A stretch of DNA of 62,513 nt, counting the filler, from Sphacelaria rigidula (taxonomy: Eukaryota), in the NCBI GenBank assembly GCA_964200075.2. It is 9 parts of 9 records of this genome, joined end to end, with 100 filler letters (N's around TTAATTAATTAA, not from the genome) between each part and the next. Parts side by side here need not be neighbours in the genome. Positions count along the whole stretch, not along the records: positions 6,959 to 13,816 come from CAXNAA020017734.1; positions 13,917 to 20,773 come from CAXNAA020017735.1; positions 20,874 to 27,730 come from CAXNAA020017736.1; 6 more parts are not named here. One strand, written 5' to 3'. Below, one piece after another: positions 12,902 through 25,830 of this stretch. A program made the translations under genes and the position numbers. Every line of letters begins with the position of its first letter. Positions within the stretch are counted from its first letter, which is position 1. The notes beneath the pieces were generated by a model that worked only from the letters and a program-made list of their open reading frames with translations, searched no databases and was not told the DNA's origin.

Positions 12902-13077
12902 GCAATGACCCTGGCTGCTACTGGCGACGCAGTCGCTCAAGAGGCCGCGGCAGAAGCGTTTTGCTCAGCAGCCTCTTTCGACGGGGGACGATCCCTTCTC
13001 GGGCCCGTGGTGGAAAGTGGGGTGATTTTTGCTCTCATGGAGAGCAAGAACCAAGCTGCGAGGTCGGCCGCGGCCAG
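12902..13077 (+). CDS. UNC45: UNC-45-like myosin chaperone, internal exon 4
   Basis: CTCAG| acceptor and CAG|GTGA donor. Encodes AMTLAATGDAVAQEAAAEAFCSAASFDGGRSLLGPVVESGVIFALMESKNQAARSAAA, which follows the UNC-45 pattern LxxSxxxxxQxxAxExxxxAAS...G...L...S...RxxA. Confidence 0.7.
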
Positions 13078-13995
13078 GTGACGATACGTGTAGTAAGAAT
13101 AAGTAGGCGGTGAGTCATGCAGCATTTAAATCTTGGCTGTTGGGTGATATCATGCACAAAATAGGGGAAGCTCGATCGTGCAGCATCTGGGTGTTATCTG
13201 TGGTTAAATCAAGTGCGCCAAAAGTGGAAATCGGATCATGCCGCGTCTCAAAGTCAGCTGTTGGGTGCAACTGGCGACATATCGTGGGAATCCGATCATG
13301 GCAATATCTAGTTGTTACCTGTGTTTGTGGAATAATATAACATTTGGTATGGGCTTAGTCATGCACTGTTCGATCCTCACCTATCCTTTGTTTCACGAGC
13401 ATTGGAGTCTCGTCGACGCCGCGCTGCTGATTTGACTGCAGTGTTGCCTGGGGTCATACGATACTGTGAGTAGTGAGTCTTTTACCCTGTGCAGCACCTG
13501 ATGCACCTGAATGTACCTGATTGGCACGTGCGCGATGTTGGTGCTGCAGCTCCGCCGTTCTCCCTTCCCCGCATGCGATCTCATGTCTTGTGCCGACCAC
13601 ATCTGGGGATATGTGTTGTCTTGCGCTGACCTTGCCCTATAACAGTGGGTCCTGGAAAATGGGGTCCATCTACAAAATGAGGTTGAAGTGGAATTTCTCT
13701 TTTGCAGGGATGACGCGAAACACTTAGGACCGAGCGAAGCCATCTTCCCCCCCAAATATGCGCAGCAGTTGAACAGCTGTGGCTAGGTGCACCTAACGAA
13801 TGCGGTGTACACGCGTNNNNNNNNNNNNNNNNNNNNNNNNNNNNNNNNNNNNNNNNNNNNTTAATTAATTAANNNNNNNNNNNNNNNNNNNNNNNNNNNN
13901 NNNNNNNNNNNNNNNNCGCTGTACGCCCACCTCCCCCGGCCCGGGTTTGGGCGGTTTTTTTTTTCTGGGGGGGGGGGGGGGCTATCGTAGAAAGC

Positions 13996-14315
13996 ATTTA
14001 TTGTTATTTATATTTGTCGCACTTTGAACCCCTCCCCTTCCTCGAGACGAGTCCGTCCGTGGTCTCAAGGAATCAACCCATCTCTGCCCGGTACACGCCT
14101 TGCATTTTGGTCTCGCGGATTGGATCATGACTATCAGCACTCCCGCACCGCGTCAACTCACGTCAAACAAACTCAGTCGACTATGTTCACTCACGTTCTC
14201 ACGCGTTCCACGGTGGAAATCACATACTACGAAGCAAAAACTCAACATTTCGGGAGTCGAACCCTCGTTCTCTGCACCCTAATGGCGGGAGCCAGACCAT
14301 TACACCACCGGGGCG
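13996..14315 (-). mobile_element. tRNA-derived SINE family 2
   Basis: Minus strand begins CGCCCCGGTGGTGTAATGG (A box) ...GGTTCGACTCC (B box) and ends AAAGTGCGACAA plus an A-rich tail. Second copy at 34875-35185. Confidence 0.85.
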
Positions 14316-15682
14316 CAGCAGGCTAAGTCCCCGAATCCTCACAACTAAAACCCAATGCGCGCACAAATAACGTCAGTACACAAACCTGTCGTAAATGCCA
14401 GATTTGAGCAATATCCCCACCCAGCAACACCGTTGAACATCACACCAGGCAGCATGGGGACATGCGGCCGTGTGTTCACACGCACGCGCATACATATACC
14501 TCAAATTTCAATTGTGACGTGCGTATCATACCATATTATCCACTCCACTCGCGTCACCGACGACTATGCAACGAAATCGACGTCGAAACGAGCAGCGAGC
14601 ACTGACGAGCCGTGCTTACTTGTGGGGAGCTCCGCGACCTCATCGTCATATACGCCATGTTGCGCACAATCTAGGGCCGCTACACTCTAAGCGTAACGTC
14701 AAGTCTAATCCCAATCCTGGTAGTTCGGGGACCCTCGGGCGATGAGGGTCCAGAGATTATCCCACGCACAAATCGGCGGCGGAATGCGCGGATTTGAGCA
14801 AAAACGCGTGCCGAATACGCTGCAAAGTGCGTACGACTGTCAGCCCCGAAAAGATCCGAAGATCAGTGTTACACTCACCCTCAATGGAAGCCATTACACG
14901 CTGTTTGAACACGAACTCTCGGAGGCCCTGCTGTTTGTATGCCTCAGAAAAAAAGTGTATATCTATATCTATATATATATATACATGTATGTACGTTTCA
15001 GTCATTGACAGCGGCATCATCAAAACTAAAACATTAAAAAACGCAAGGTGGAAGACATGTATTCAAAGTTGGACAGCTTTTTGAGCATTCGTTCATCAAA
15101 TGCGAGAAAACACTGTGAACCACACAAACATGTTGACAACATTCGCCAGCCTCTACCGTCAATACTCTTGGGCCAAAGCCGCGAAGTGCCCGTCGTAGAC
15201 CCTACAACCAGGAGTGTATTTTTCTACTTTCGCATACATGACATGAAAACGCAATGTTCGCGGTAATCTTACCGAGAGCTCAGAGAAACTACTCCGCAAC
15301 ACAATATAAAGCTAATTGACACTGGTACTTACAAACAAAAAAGGGGCAACTGACATATCACGCTAACGCAAATCACTGGCATCGCTGCGACGACTTGAAA
15401 ACACCAAGTCAGTGTACAGTCGTGCCCTACACCATACAAGCTGCACGGTAGTTCATTGCGCAACAGCCCTCACGCCGAAGGCTCTAGATCCGATATTCTA
15501 ACCCAAACCACTAACTTAAACCACAGCCATCGAGCTCACTACATTCAAATGAGTGTAGACACGTGCCACTCTTGACGAACAAGCGTTGGAAATACTCTTC
15601 ACTCAACACAGCTATTGGGCAGGGTAATGATGCATAGTACGGCACAGCAATCAAGCTTGCCACGCTGCCCTTGCAGCAATTC

Positions 15683-16181
15683 TCATCGATTTCTTTCGCT
15701 CACTTTAACCTCGCCAATACCGCCGCCAGCACGACCACCGCCGTTGCTACCGGCGGCGACGTCCACCCGCCTCCCTAAGTTTGTACGCGGCGACACAAAT
15801 CCGTGGAAACGCGCGTGAAACCAATGCCAGCGCAAACAACACAAAAACGCCAACGATGGCGAAGAGGAACTACTGCCGGTGTTGCTGTGGCGTTTTCTTC
15901 TGGCAAACAAGACGGCCACGATCACCACCAGCAATCCCAACGTCTGCATCGCGGCGACGCCGAGCACCGTCGAGCGAGGGTATTTCCAGTAGGTCATATC
16001 GTGTTCGTTGGCAGTGGTGGGCAGAGGATTAGAGGGGCGAGAGGAGATCAATGAGCTTTCGTTGTCGTCGGTGCTCTTGCCTATTCCATATTCGCCCCTC
16101 GGTGCATGTCTTGCCAGATGGAACTTCCCCTCGAAGATAGAGCGTGAGGGAAACACATACTCCTGTCCCGTTAATGCGGAT
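15683..16181 (-). CDS. Probable terminal exon of an unknown single-pass membrane protein
   Basis: Long polypyrimidine tract plus AACAG| acceptor, phase-compatible with exon 16694-17868. Encodes hydrophobic VLGVAAMQTLGLLVVIVAVLFA followed by RRKR, ending at TGA. Confidence 0.6.
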
Positions 16182-16693
16182 CTGTTTAGGGTGGGCCGGG
16201 GAGAGCAAGAGGGCCGATAAAACGAACGGATGAGACAAGATTGGACCAGATGTATGCGGTAGAATTGAACATGAAGTAGATGAAGCTATTATATTTGATA
16301 GCTGTGGAAATGGTGGTAGCCCAGACATGGGAATTAAGTGAGAGCACGTACGAGCAACTTCAAACCTTTGGAGACAGCGAACGCTGAAAAAACAGATCCA
16401 AAAGGAGTACGGCAGTTGAGCACTAAGTGCAGCGATACCATGATGCGGATTAGGAGATACCTATACATGCCGCTACAAACTGCTAGCTCTTGACAGCGTC
16501 TGGAGAACTGGTGCGTATTGTCCCCATACATGACGCAAACCTTCCAGGCCACACGCGAAACAATCCATTCTAATCCATGTCCTCCATGTACGTACATGTC
16601 TTCGTGTACTGATTTGCATAGATGCGAACGCTGCTACGCATGAATCATGCGGAACCCTTCGCGGTACGAAACCTCATGCCGAGCGCGTCTCAC

Positions 16694-17868
16694 CTCATCA
16701 TAACCCGGCCTCCATCCAGCACCAGTACCGAAGCGCCACTAAGCGCCGAGGGCGCCCAACCGTCACCACTGCCGCCACCATCTCTTGCTGACGTAACATT
16801 ACCACCCTGCCCGTGCCCTTTACCCCCTTCGCTGGCTACATCTTGCTGTTCTCGTCGTTCGGCAAGCGAGGCGGTGACTTGTGCGAGCAGGGCCTCATCA
16901 TAAAGTCTGCTCAAGCACACATCCAAGTCTTGCGGCGGGTCCGCGGGGGTGAGCTCAGCGAGATGGACAGCAACTCGTGCGGTCGTGATCATAGCGCTCC
17001 CTTGGTTTAACGCTGCAGTTACTGCCGGTGCTGCCGGTGCTGTCTCCTGCTGAATCGATTTGTGTTTTACTTGGTCGCTGTCGCTGTTGTCACCGGCGTT
17101 CCCACCGGTCTGGTGACGGTTGCTGTTATCTGTCAAGAAAGAGCTCAAGCCTCTACCCCATATTCTTTGCTCCAGTTGTCTATCGCTATCGTACCCGCTG
17201 CCACGATCGCGGCTTTCTCCCGAAATGCTTCGGTCACGCTTGCCGTCTGTTTGGCCGCCAGCCTCTCGACCACTACGCTTTCTGCCGCGGGTACCGTTTC
17301 GCCATTCACTGGTTCGGCAGCTAGCCTCGTCGGCGCATGGTTCTTCCAACCCCTCAGTCTGTGTATCCCAACCCAACGTACTTCCCACGACAGAACCGCC
17401 GCTGTGACGCCGACGCGCGGAGTTGCGGCGCTCCTCACTTGCCATCAGTCGTCTCGCTTCTCCTTGCTCCAAATCCAGACCGACGTCAACGTCGACGCCA
17501 GACTGGTCATTACGAACCCGTTGGTCGTTAGCCGTTGGACCAATGAGTTCCCCTACGATAACGTCAACGTCTCCAGGGGCTACACCTCCGCAGGGGCCTC
17601 CTGCCAAGCTGTCCGCCATTGCTTCGGCTAACGCATCTTCAAGAACAAAACGTCTGCGCGGCGGAAGCAGGGTTCTTGAAGTGTTGACTGCCGACGAGGC
17701 TGTCGCGGTTGTGCTGTTTCTACTGCCACCATCATTTTGGCTGCGGTTGGGGTCGGGATTATCCTTTGCCGACATCTCGTTGGTGCTGAGAGCAATCGTC
17801 AAGGAGAGGGAAGCCACCAGGCCTGCTTTGGTGGGTTTGCAGAGGTCGCCACTGCGGCATGGTCGAAC
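16694..17868 (-). CDS. Large internal exon of the same unknown membrane protein (low-complexity G/S/D/R-rich)
   Basis: TTTTTTGGCCAG| acceptor and AG|GTGAGA donor bound a 1175-bp GC-rich open frame within ORF 16690-17898. Confidence 0.65.
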
Positions 17869-18196
17869 CTGGCCAAAAAACGACCAACGTGTGTGCAATG
17901 CGACAAGAATTCAGTCATTGAACGTACACACTTGAACAATCCGGCAGCTCTTCAGCCACCTGAAGATTACTTCTCATTCGAGTACTGATCGGATCGTGAG
18001 CTACCTCATCTGGCCCCTTTTTCCACGTTTGCTTCCTATAGCGCTGAACACCGTGCACACCGAGTAGCGCAAAGGTAGAGCTTTGACTTCTCGGACCGCG
18101 CTGTCACGTACTTCATATTCTGGGACAAGGGATCTGAGAGTCATCTCCCACTTGTTATTTTGGGTAGCTCATGAGTGTCCGACGTGTGCCACTTAA

Positions 18197-19737
18197 CCCT
18201 CTTGGAACTCACAATGGAAAATTGATAATTTGCAATTGACGGGTTTTGAGCAAGATATGGTTAATGGTTCACAGCTTAGACGCAACAATATTCGCCCCAC
18301 GAGTATTTTTCAGACCCGCGCGAGTGAAAAGTGGAACAAGAGAAAGTTTCCTATTCTCTCATTGCGGCGAGGTCCAAGTCCCGTCGGCTTTTTTTTTCTT
18401 CACTCGTGAGCTCCTTCCCCGGCCACAGTGCGCGGGGAGCCTCTCTGAAGCATGCTTCCCGCCTGACCTGCACGCCCTTCCCGCTGCAGTTTATACTTTT
18501 TGCAGCGTCATAGCAACAAGGGCAACGCCGATGACTCATTGGCCATATTCATGAACTGGCGGTGTAATACAATTCCAAGCAGTTACCTTTCCGTGCCGCC
18601 GAGGGTGCTGCGATACTGCCCTGTACAGTACTGGGTGTTTTTACAGCAGTTTGGGGTAACCTCGACTGCAGACTCACGTCATGCACAACATCGCGCTCAT
18701 GCACATGTCGACAGCACCATCCCGCCGTTTGAAAAAATCCGTAAAGGCGACGCAGACGCCATATGCCCTGCAGTTATGCACCGTCACTGTGGTGTGGGCT
18801 GGGTCTGCCATGTGTCGTCGCCCTATGGGTGATGTCTTACTGCTTCGTGTTATGTCTGTATCGTATTTTGAAAATGTCTCTGTAAAACGCGAGGCATGCA
18901 CACAACTGCACTCTGCTAAGCACGTGCCGACAGCATCATACTGCAGGTTGACTATTACACAACGGCATAGCTAAAGGCATAGTTGCCCCACCACATCTTT
19001 ACCACGGGTTGATCATTCCCGACAGTTGCACAGACATACTTCATGCTGCATGAGATTCATGACGCCGGCTACCGCTATGGTCTCGCGCCGTCTACGCTCG
19101 TGGCCGACTTTTCACGACATGCTTATGTTCGTCTTGCACGGAGTGTCGCCGCAAGCAATACTGTAACCTACTTATGTACTGACTGTAGTGTTTTTCATCT
19201 GGCGTGATTACGATAGGCGGTGCCCGTTGGCTCCCTCCCGTGTGCATGTATATCGCCTGTGCGGACGCCTGCGATTACGCCCGCCATGTACCGCCCGCAC
19301 AACTCATTGTACCTTCCACATTTGGTGACGGGATTTCACTGGGTTCAGCCATACTATGGTGTATGTACAGTGTAGCTTGATAAAGTCGTCACCTGATGTT
19401 ACAGCCCATCAAAACGGTGCGTACCTTATCTTCAAATAAATGCTGATACACCGACGTGCCTGGTTGTACCCTGGAACCCATTGCTGTTTTTTTTAATGGG
19501 ATGTTTCATAGTGGTTTTGCTGATTGTTGTCGATGGATACAACTGAACACACTTCATCCATTGCGTGTATGATTGGACAAACCTCACCCGACCTCTCCAT
19601 GGAGGACATTCTTCTCCGGTCTTCCATCATAAAAATGGTTGCCGTTGGCCTTATCTGTTTCCATCTTTTCCTCTTGGTCAGGGCTTATCATGATAAGGCA
19701 TTTGGCCGGGGGACAAGAGGGGAGGGTTCCAAAAGGG
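18197..19737. mobile_element. Non-autonomous piggyBac-type element (~1.5 kb)
   Basis: TTAA-CCCTCTTGGAAC ... GTTCCAAAAGGG-TTAA ends. The left subterminal region and a CAAAACGGTGCG block are shared with the MITE at 4527-4768. Confidence 0.65.
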
Positions 19738-20873
19738 TTAAGCCAGTGACATGTTCAAAAGGATCACAATGTTGAAACCACATTATCCCCCATCCTCCCC
19801 CCCGCTCACCCTCGCGCGCCCGCACTTCTGCAACAGTTCTCTGTATGTCGTGTTGCTACAGGTATCCGTCAAGCTGCGGGATTTTATTCAACCTGGCTTC
19901 TATCGCTTCACTGACTCAAACACTGAAATATGACACAGGCCTCAGTTGGATGCCTATCGAAGTACCTGTGCAAGACGGCTGCAACTGTGACCCGCACGAC
20001 CCCCATTTGGTCAGAGCAGAGGCGCTGTAGAGCACAAAAAACAGTTAAAAGTGGCTACCCAAGCTGCACCAAACCACAGCCGCTCATTGTTGCACGTTTT
20101 ACCGAAGCAAAAATACAGCCAGACGAAATACTTGCTGGCAGAGGTTGCAATTCTGGAATAGACATGACACATACATACTGTATATGTGTGTGTCTTGCAT
20201 ACTGCAAAGGGATTCACGAACACGGCGTTTGCAACATGTGATGCTACTTTTTCCAACACCCAGCACATGTACCACCTCACGTGTTGCACCATGTACGACC
20301 TCGTGTGCTTCCCCAAGCATACATGCTCTGAATGGATACGTTTACACGCTACGAGTTTCCAGCTAAAGAGAATGGATTGTTGTCATTTTTTCGTGGTCTG
20401 CCATTTTCAGTAGCTTTTTTGAGTGCCACCGCTCATCCCAGTGCACGTTTGATCCCGAAGTTTGCAGATCGGGAGATCTTAGGCATCCGCTCCACATTCC
20501 GAAACAAACATGATTTCTGCGCTTAATATTGCACGAGTTACCGGCTGAATTGACAGGGGGTGTTATTGATCGCTTTTAGGCTCTAGCGCAATGAAAAACA
20601 AAAAGAGTCTGCAAAGTTGTTCACGAGAGCGATCGGGAATGATTTACCCTCCTGTGCTACAGAGGATGAAGTAGATGCACACAGTTGTCCCTGTGACGAG
20701 GCAATAAACAGGGTTGCCAGAAAAATGAGAACGTATTTTGAAATGAGAATCAACCGCTCCCCGGGATTGTGTCNNNNNNNNNNNNNNNNNNNNNNNNNNN
20801 NNNNNNNNNNNNNNNNNTTAATTAATTAANNNNNNNNNNNNNNNNNNNNNNNNNNNNNNNNNNNNNNNNNNNN

Positions 20874-22416
20874 TGCGTTTCGTCTCCGCTGTTGTTCAAC
20901 ATCTTCGGAGCAGGCTTGGTGGAAGTGATCGTCCAACGGTTTGCGGCGGACCCACTCATCGTCTCAGACTTGGTCTTTCCAGATGATGCTCCACAAGGTG
21001 TCGGTGGTGAACCCGTGGAAGACACACCACTGGAAAAGGTGCGACACGCGGTGTGGGCCATACTTCATGCGGACGACGCCGGCATAGCCTCGAAGACCTC
21101 AGAAGGCGTTGCTCGAATTATGGCCGTGATAGTGATGACCTGCCAGGAATTCGGCCTGATGGTCTCCGAGACCAAGACAGAGTCCATGCGCCTTTGATCA
21201 GTACCCAGTCCCACGGAGGCCACGCTGGATATCAGAGCTGCCGGTCAACGGTATAAGCAGACGGGGAAGTTTATCTACCTTGATGGAGCTATCAGCGCGG
21301 ATGCGAAAATGTCCATCGAAATCAACCGCCGTATCAGCGCGGCGTGGGCGCGTATCCGAAAATATAGCTCCCAACTCTACGGCCGACCCAACGCCGAGCT
21401 ATCCTTGAAAGTTCGACTGCTTAAAGCGGAGGTGGTAAAAGCTCCGTTGTACGGGTGTGCCACATGGACGCTACGTTCTGAGGACGTCGACAGTCTGCGC
21501 ACTGCCCGTCACAAGCTCTAGCTGCGAGTGGTTGGCTTCCGCGGGAACGATCGAAATGGCGACAAGACTCTTTCGTACAGAGCAGTGCTCGAGATGACCA
21601 ACTGCGAACGTATCGAGAGGACTATCCGCAAACGTTAACTCTGGTTCGCGGGAGTCCTTGTCCGGCAGAAGGACACACGCCTTCCCAAGCGCGTCATGAA
21701 CGGTCGGCCTTCCACACGAGGAGCCAAGGAGGTCGGCCGCCCTCCCAAGCAATGGGAGGATCCCTAAAGGAGAACCTACGTGCGCTGGGGGCTGTCCCGC
21801 ACAAAGGAGCCCGACGAAAGTGGTTCGTCTACGGTGTAGAGGTTAACGATGCACACAATTGGATCACTGCGGCGAGGACCTGGGCAAATGCCATATTGGA
21901 GTCGAAAACGGAGCGGAAGAGTTTGAGGACACGTGGCGACGCGCGGACAAGCGAGAATCAGACCAACGTCACAAGCGAGAGGCTGCTGCGTCGAGGGCTG
22001 CCAATCGGAAAATCCTGTCCGCTCATATCAGTTGTTGATTACGTCCTTAGTCAGTGGCTCTGCGGTACCCACTGGTGTGTGTCTGTATCTACTCTGCTGC
22101 CCTGAATCCCTTGGGCCTTTTTCTTCTTCTTTTTTTCCCATCGTTTCATTGTATTTTATTTTATTTGCTTTGTACTTTCCTCTTTTCCTCTTTTCGTATT
22201 TTAGGTCGGCCATTTATTTCTGAGCTTTGCTTGTGTTGACTTTTGTATTACTTTTTTTTGTCACGACTTAGTTTGCTATGTCGTTCTGTTCGACCTTTTT
22301 TTCTCAGACCGGGTTTCAGTTTCATTCTCCTTGGGTACGTCTATCATGAGACCATGGCTGGACCCCTGGGGGGTCAGTTAAAGTACGACAACCAATTAAT
22401 CAATCAATCAATCAAT
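20874..22416 (+). mobile_element. RTE-clade LINE, 3' part: degenerate reverse transcriptase, 3' UTR and (CAAT)n tail
   Basis: SPLLFNIF, LHADD, GLMVSETKTE, FIYLDG, EINRRISAAW, LYGCATW, RLPKRVM and GRPPK motifs with in-frame stops. Ends AAAGTACGACAACCAATTAATCAATCAATCAATC. Confidence 0.9.
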
Positions 22417-25400
22417 CAGTAGAATACCATAATTGCGCCAGCACTTGTACGAACAAGCGATCAACACACAGCTGGGTGTGCACGAACAGTCGGAGGGTAT
22501 GGCGTATTTGGCGCGGGGTATAGGTGCTGCCGCCGGCTCGTGGGGGCGTGTGTGGTGGCGTGGCGTTTCGATTTTGGGTCAGAGGTGTGCAACACAAGCA
22601 AATCGCATGGAACCGCATCGGTGGCTCATACTTCCCACTTACCCTGCTTCCATCAGCGGCTATTTGCTCCTGAGCCGTCGGCCGGCACGACATATGGAAA
22701 AACCCAACTCGCGCTGTCAAGAATTCCAGGCTGTGATTATCTTGGTAAAAACTAATAGGGGGACAAAACCATTATCAAGCACCAGGACGGCGAACAAACT
22801 ACCATCTGGTCCTGCGTAATTATTGCCATCCTCCAAGATAGGCGGGGCTGTCAGATCATGTTGTTGCGGGGGCTGAACGGGTTGATGCTCATCGGGTGAG
22901 GAGGTATTTGCGTGTTTTTTTGCGCTCACACCCGGCTTTGAGCAGGGGGTTTGTACGCCACGAAGTGACGAGATCCCATCACAGCAGCACGTTGTTCCTA
23001 CGAGAAGCGGCATTTTTTCTCTGCTCTTATGCTTGTGCTGCCGTGTCGTGCCCAGGGCATTTCCCAGCTACTATTGCTGTCCCATACATCGAACGTTTTT
23101 TTCACAGATCGCAACTTTTATGATGCGAGCGTAGAGATTGGGGGGATTTGCAAAAATAGTTCGACCATAGCCAAAAACACATTTTTTTGCAATCAGCCGA
23201 AGTTGGAATATGCAAAAGTTACTGTCGAATCGCTCTTACTCCACTGAACGAAGTGCTATAGATCCCCCAAAAGTGGTCGAAAAATGGTCTTTAGTCTCGC
23301 TTGTGTTTTGCGCCTGTGGCCGTAACCCACAATAGCCCGATCGCCAGCCGAAGGCCTTTCAGCAGTAAGCACACATATGAGGCGAACGGAGCGGGAGAGA
23401 TACCTGGTCAGGAGAGTACAGAAAAGCAGTATGATGTACCACCATACCCTGCTGTACTGCGTGCAGCGTAGTACGCAGGAAGTAGTTAGCACTATAACCT
23501 AAAATACACTACAGTACAACGCACAACCGTACCGTGCGGTGCTGTCTCATGTGTGCAGCGTACTTGCTGACTGATACATTTCACCGCCAGCATGCACAGT
23601 GCACTCTTGTTGGCGGGTCCACGCGGTACTGTTGTGTGCAGCGTAATAGGCGTAGTGTGGTAAGTACCTGGCTCTCGTATGTGAAAACAGCATGTACACT
23701 CCACCGCACAATCGTTCCGTACACTGCGCTCAACAGGGTTTCGTTTCAGAACATCACATGGCCAGTCCACGCTCAAGTAGGGAAAAAGCACGATAGGAAC
23801 ACAAGCAACAGTAGAGGTGGCTTATTACTTTGCGGTGTGCCGTGCAAAAGTAGAGGAAGCTAGGAATAGTGACGGACACATCTGAGACAGTGCGGTCAAC
23901 AGCCTGTTCGTTTGTCGATTATTGGGGCCTGTGGCGCTTTCTTCCATCCGATCGCGCTTGACACTTTGTTCACCGGCAAGATTACTTTAGCAACCACTGG
24001 GTACAGATTTTCTTCCTCGGATTAGCCGCCAATGGTAAAACGATTGCGGTTGATAAAGGAGGAAAAGGAAAGCGCAAAAGCGTTTGGCACAGCCATAACC
24101 AACATCGATCGAGACCTTGGCAGACTAAAGAATGAAAGTGGTTTTGATCATGGTCGAACCGCTTTCGCAAAAACTTCAACATGGACATGCAGTATGTACA
24201 AGCGACCTTGCAGTTGACCGATACCGCCTGAAAAAATCATGAAGAGTGTGCCGCAACAGGAATCGGCCGTACAACATAGTTGCCGCCACGTTTTTCATAT
24301 TCTTGAGGTAATTTGGGTTCCGTCCGTGGATATCGATGTTTGAACACACCACGCACTACACGATGCCACTGTCGAAGACAAACACGACAAAGGGAGGGAC
24401 CAAATACGTTCAAGGGTCTTCCCGTGCAGACCGAGCTCTCCTCTCACATGGACCATCTCTGAACTCATCACAAGAACATGGGGCACGTGAAACAAACAGG
24501 TGCCGCGCCGGTATCGTGAACGGCCTTGAAATTTCCAAAGAATTACATGACCGGCCAAAACAACCATGCTAACAAAATTGGAAAAAGATCGCACAATATC
24601 AGGCAAAACGCGTCTTGTGTTGTATTCCCATACAAGCGTGTATTTCAAACCAAAGCCTCGCCTGCTCACATCTGACTCAAATCGAGAAAGCAGTACGTAC
24701 TCCGACCGGAAATGGGGTGTAGACACCAAATCCGGGGTGCATTTTGTGACATCAACTCTTCTTTCACCGAAGAATGACGGTTACAATTTTCGCACTGCCA
24801 ATTCGGGGGTACTCAACGCGTGCTATGAAACCCGCAACTCAAGTCTACGCTATCGAATAAGTGAGGGTAAACATAACTGTTTGTCAAAATGAGGTCGAGT
24901 CAGGCGTGGCAGACGCCAAGTGAAGTTTCAGCACTTCGACCGACAGGTCCTGGCCAATTCATTTGAATTTACAACGAATTGCGGGCTATTGCTACCCCTC
25001 TTTTGTTTCGGCTGTTTCAGGGTATTCAAGACCTCACAAATTGTCGAAAAATCACTGCATGGCGCGTGCGAATATATGTATACATTTTCAATGCCTTCAT
25101 GATGTCTCATGTAGAGGTTGTACCCATGGTTGTTCAAGGGATGAAAATTAGCCGTTCCCGTGGGTGTTATTCACCGTTTTGTCCTTTTTCAAACGAATGG
25201 TGGTACCCCTGGGTATCCTAGGGATGCATAATAAGGATATCGATCTTTTGACGATACCTGTCATGCTATCAGAAGCACGATGTAGTCAAATAACACCCCC
25301 CAGGGATGAGGATGTTTGCGAGGAGATATGCTCATCTTGTCGGGGAGGTGGAGAAGGGTGATCCATAATTACCGAAGTAAGATTCACACGTTATTGCGGA

Positions 25401-25479
25401 CACCCGCGTGTTCAGGGGCATCACCATTCGTACCTACCAGTGCCTGACGGTAGGTGTTGATTTCACGACGTACGTGGGG

Positions 25480-25830
25480 ATAGGGGGGGCGTACTCCTTT
25501 ACTTCTTGTCTCGTTTGACCATTGACCACGCATACCTTTCGAGCCGGACATCGTTTCTACTCCTAATAGAGACACCTCCAACTATCAGGTGCTCATCACG
25601 TGTTTTTCATACAATTTACGAAAACATTTCACACATCTTATCCCCGTCCTGTTTCGCCGTCTGTGGCCACCATCTATCATCTAGTATAGCCATCATTTTC
25701 TCGCTACCGTCTAGTGCATCAAACGATTTCATGCCACCTTCGTTCACGTCCCGCATTTCCCCCTCTAGCACATCCCGTTCACCAGGGAGGGATGGGGCGA
25801 CATCTTCCCCGGGGTGTCTGCAGTCGCGCT
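25480..25830 (-). mobile_element. 3' fragment of LINE family 2
   Basis: Reverse complement of ~43770-44065 (GGTGTCTCTAT..TAGGA, GCGTGGTCAATGGTC), ending at a G run. Confidence 0.7.

Noticed and set aside
13709-13772. Candidate next UNC-45 exon after the TTTTGCAG acceptor
   Set aside because: The phase-compatible frame reaches a stop after about 20 codons and does not resemble the expected continuation.
24032-24900. Coding-looking short ORFs in contig 4
   Set aside because: No recognisable motif, splice pattern or continuous frame.
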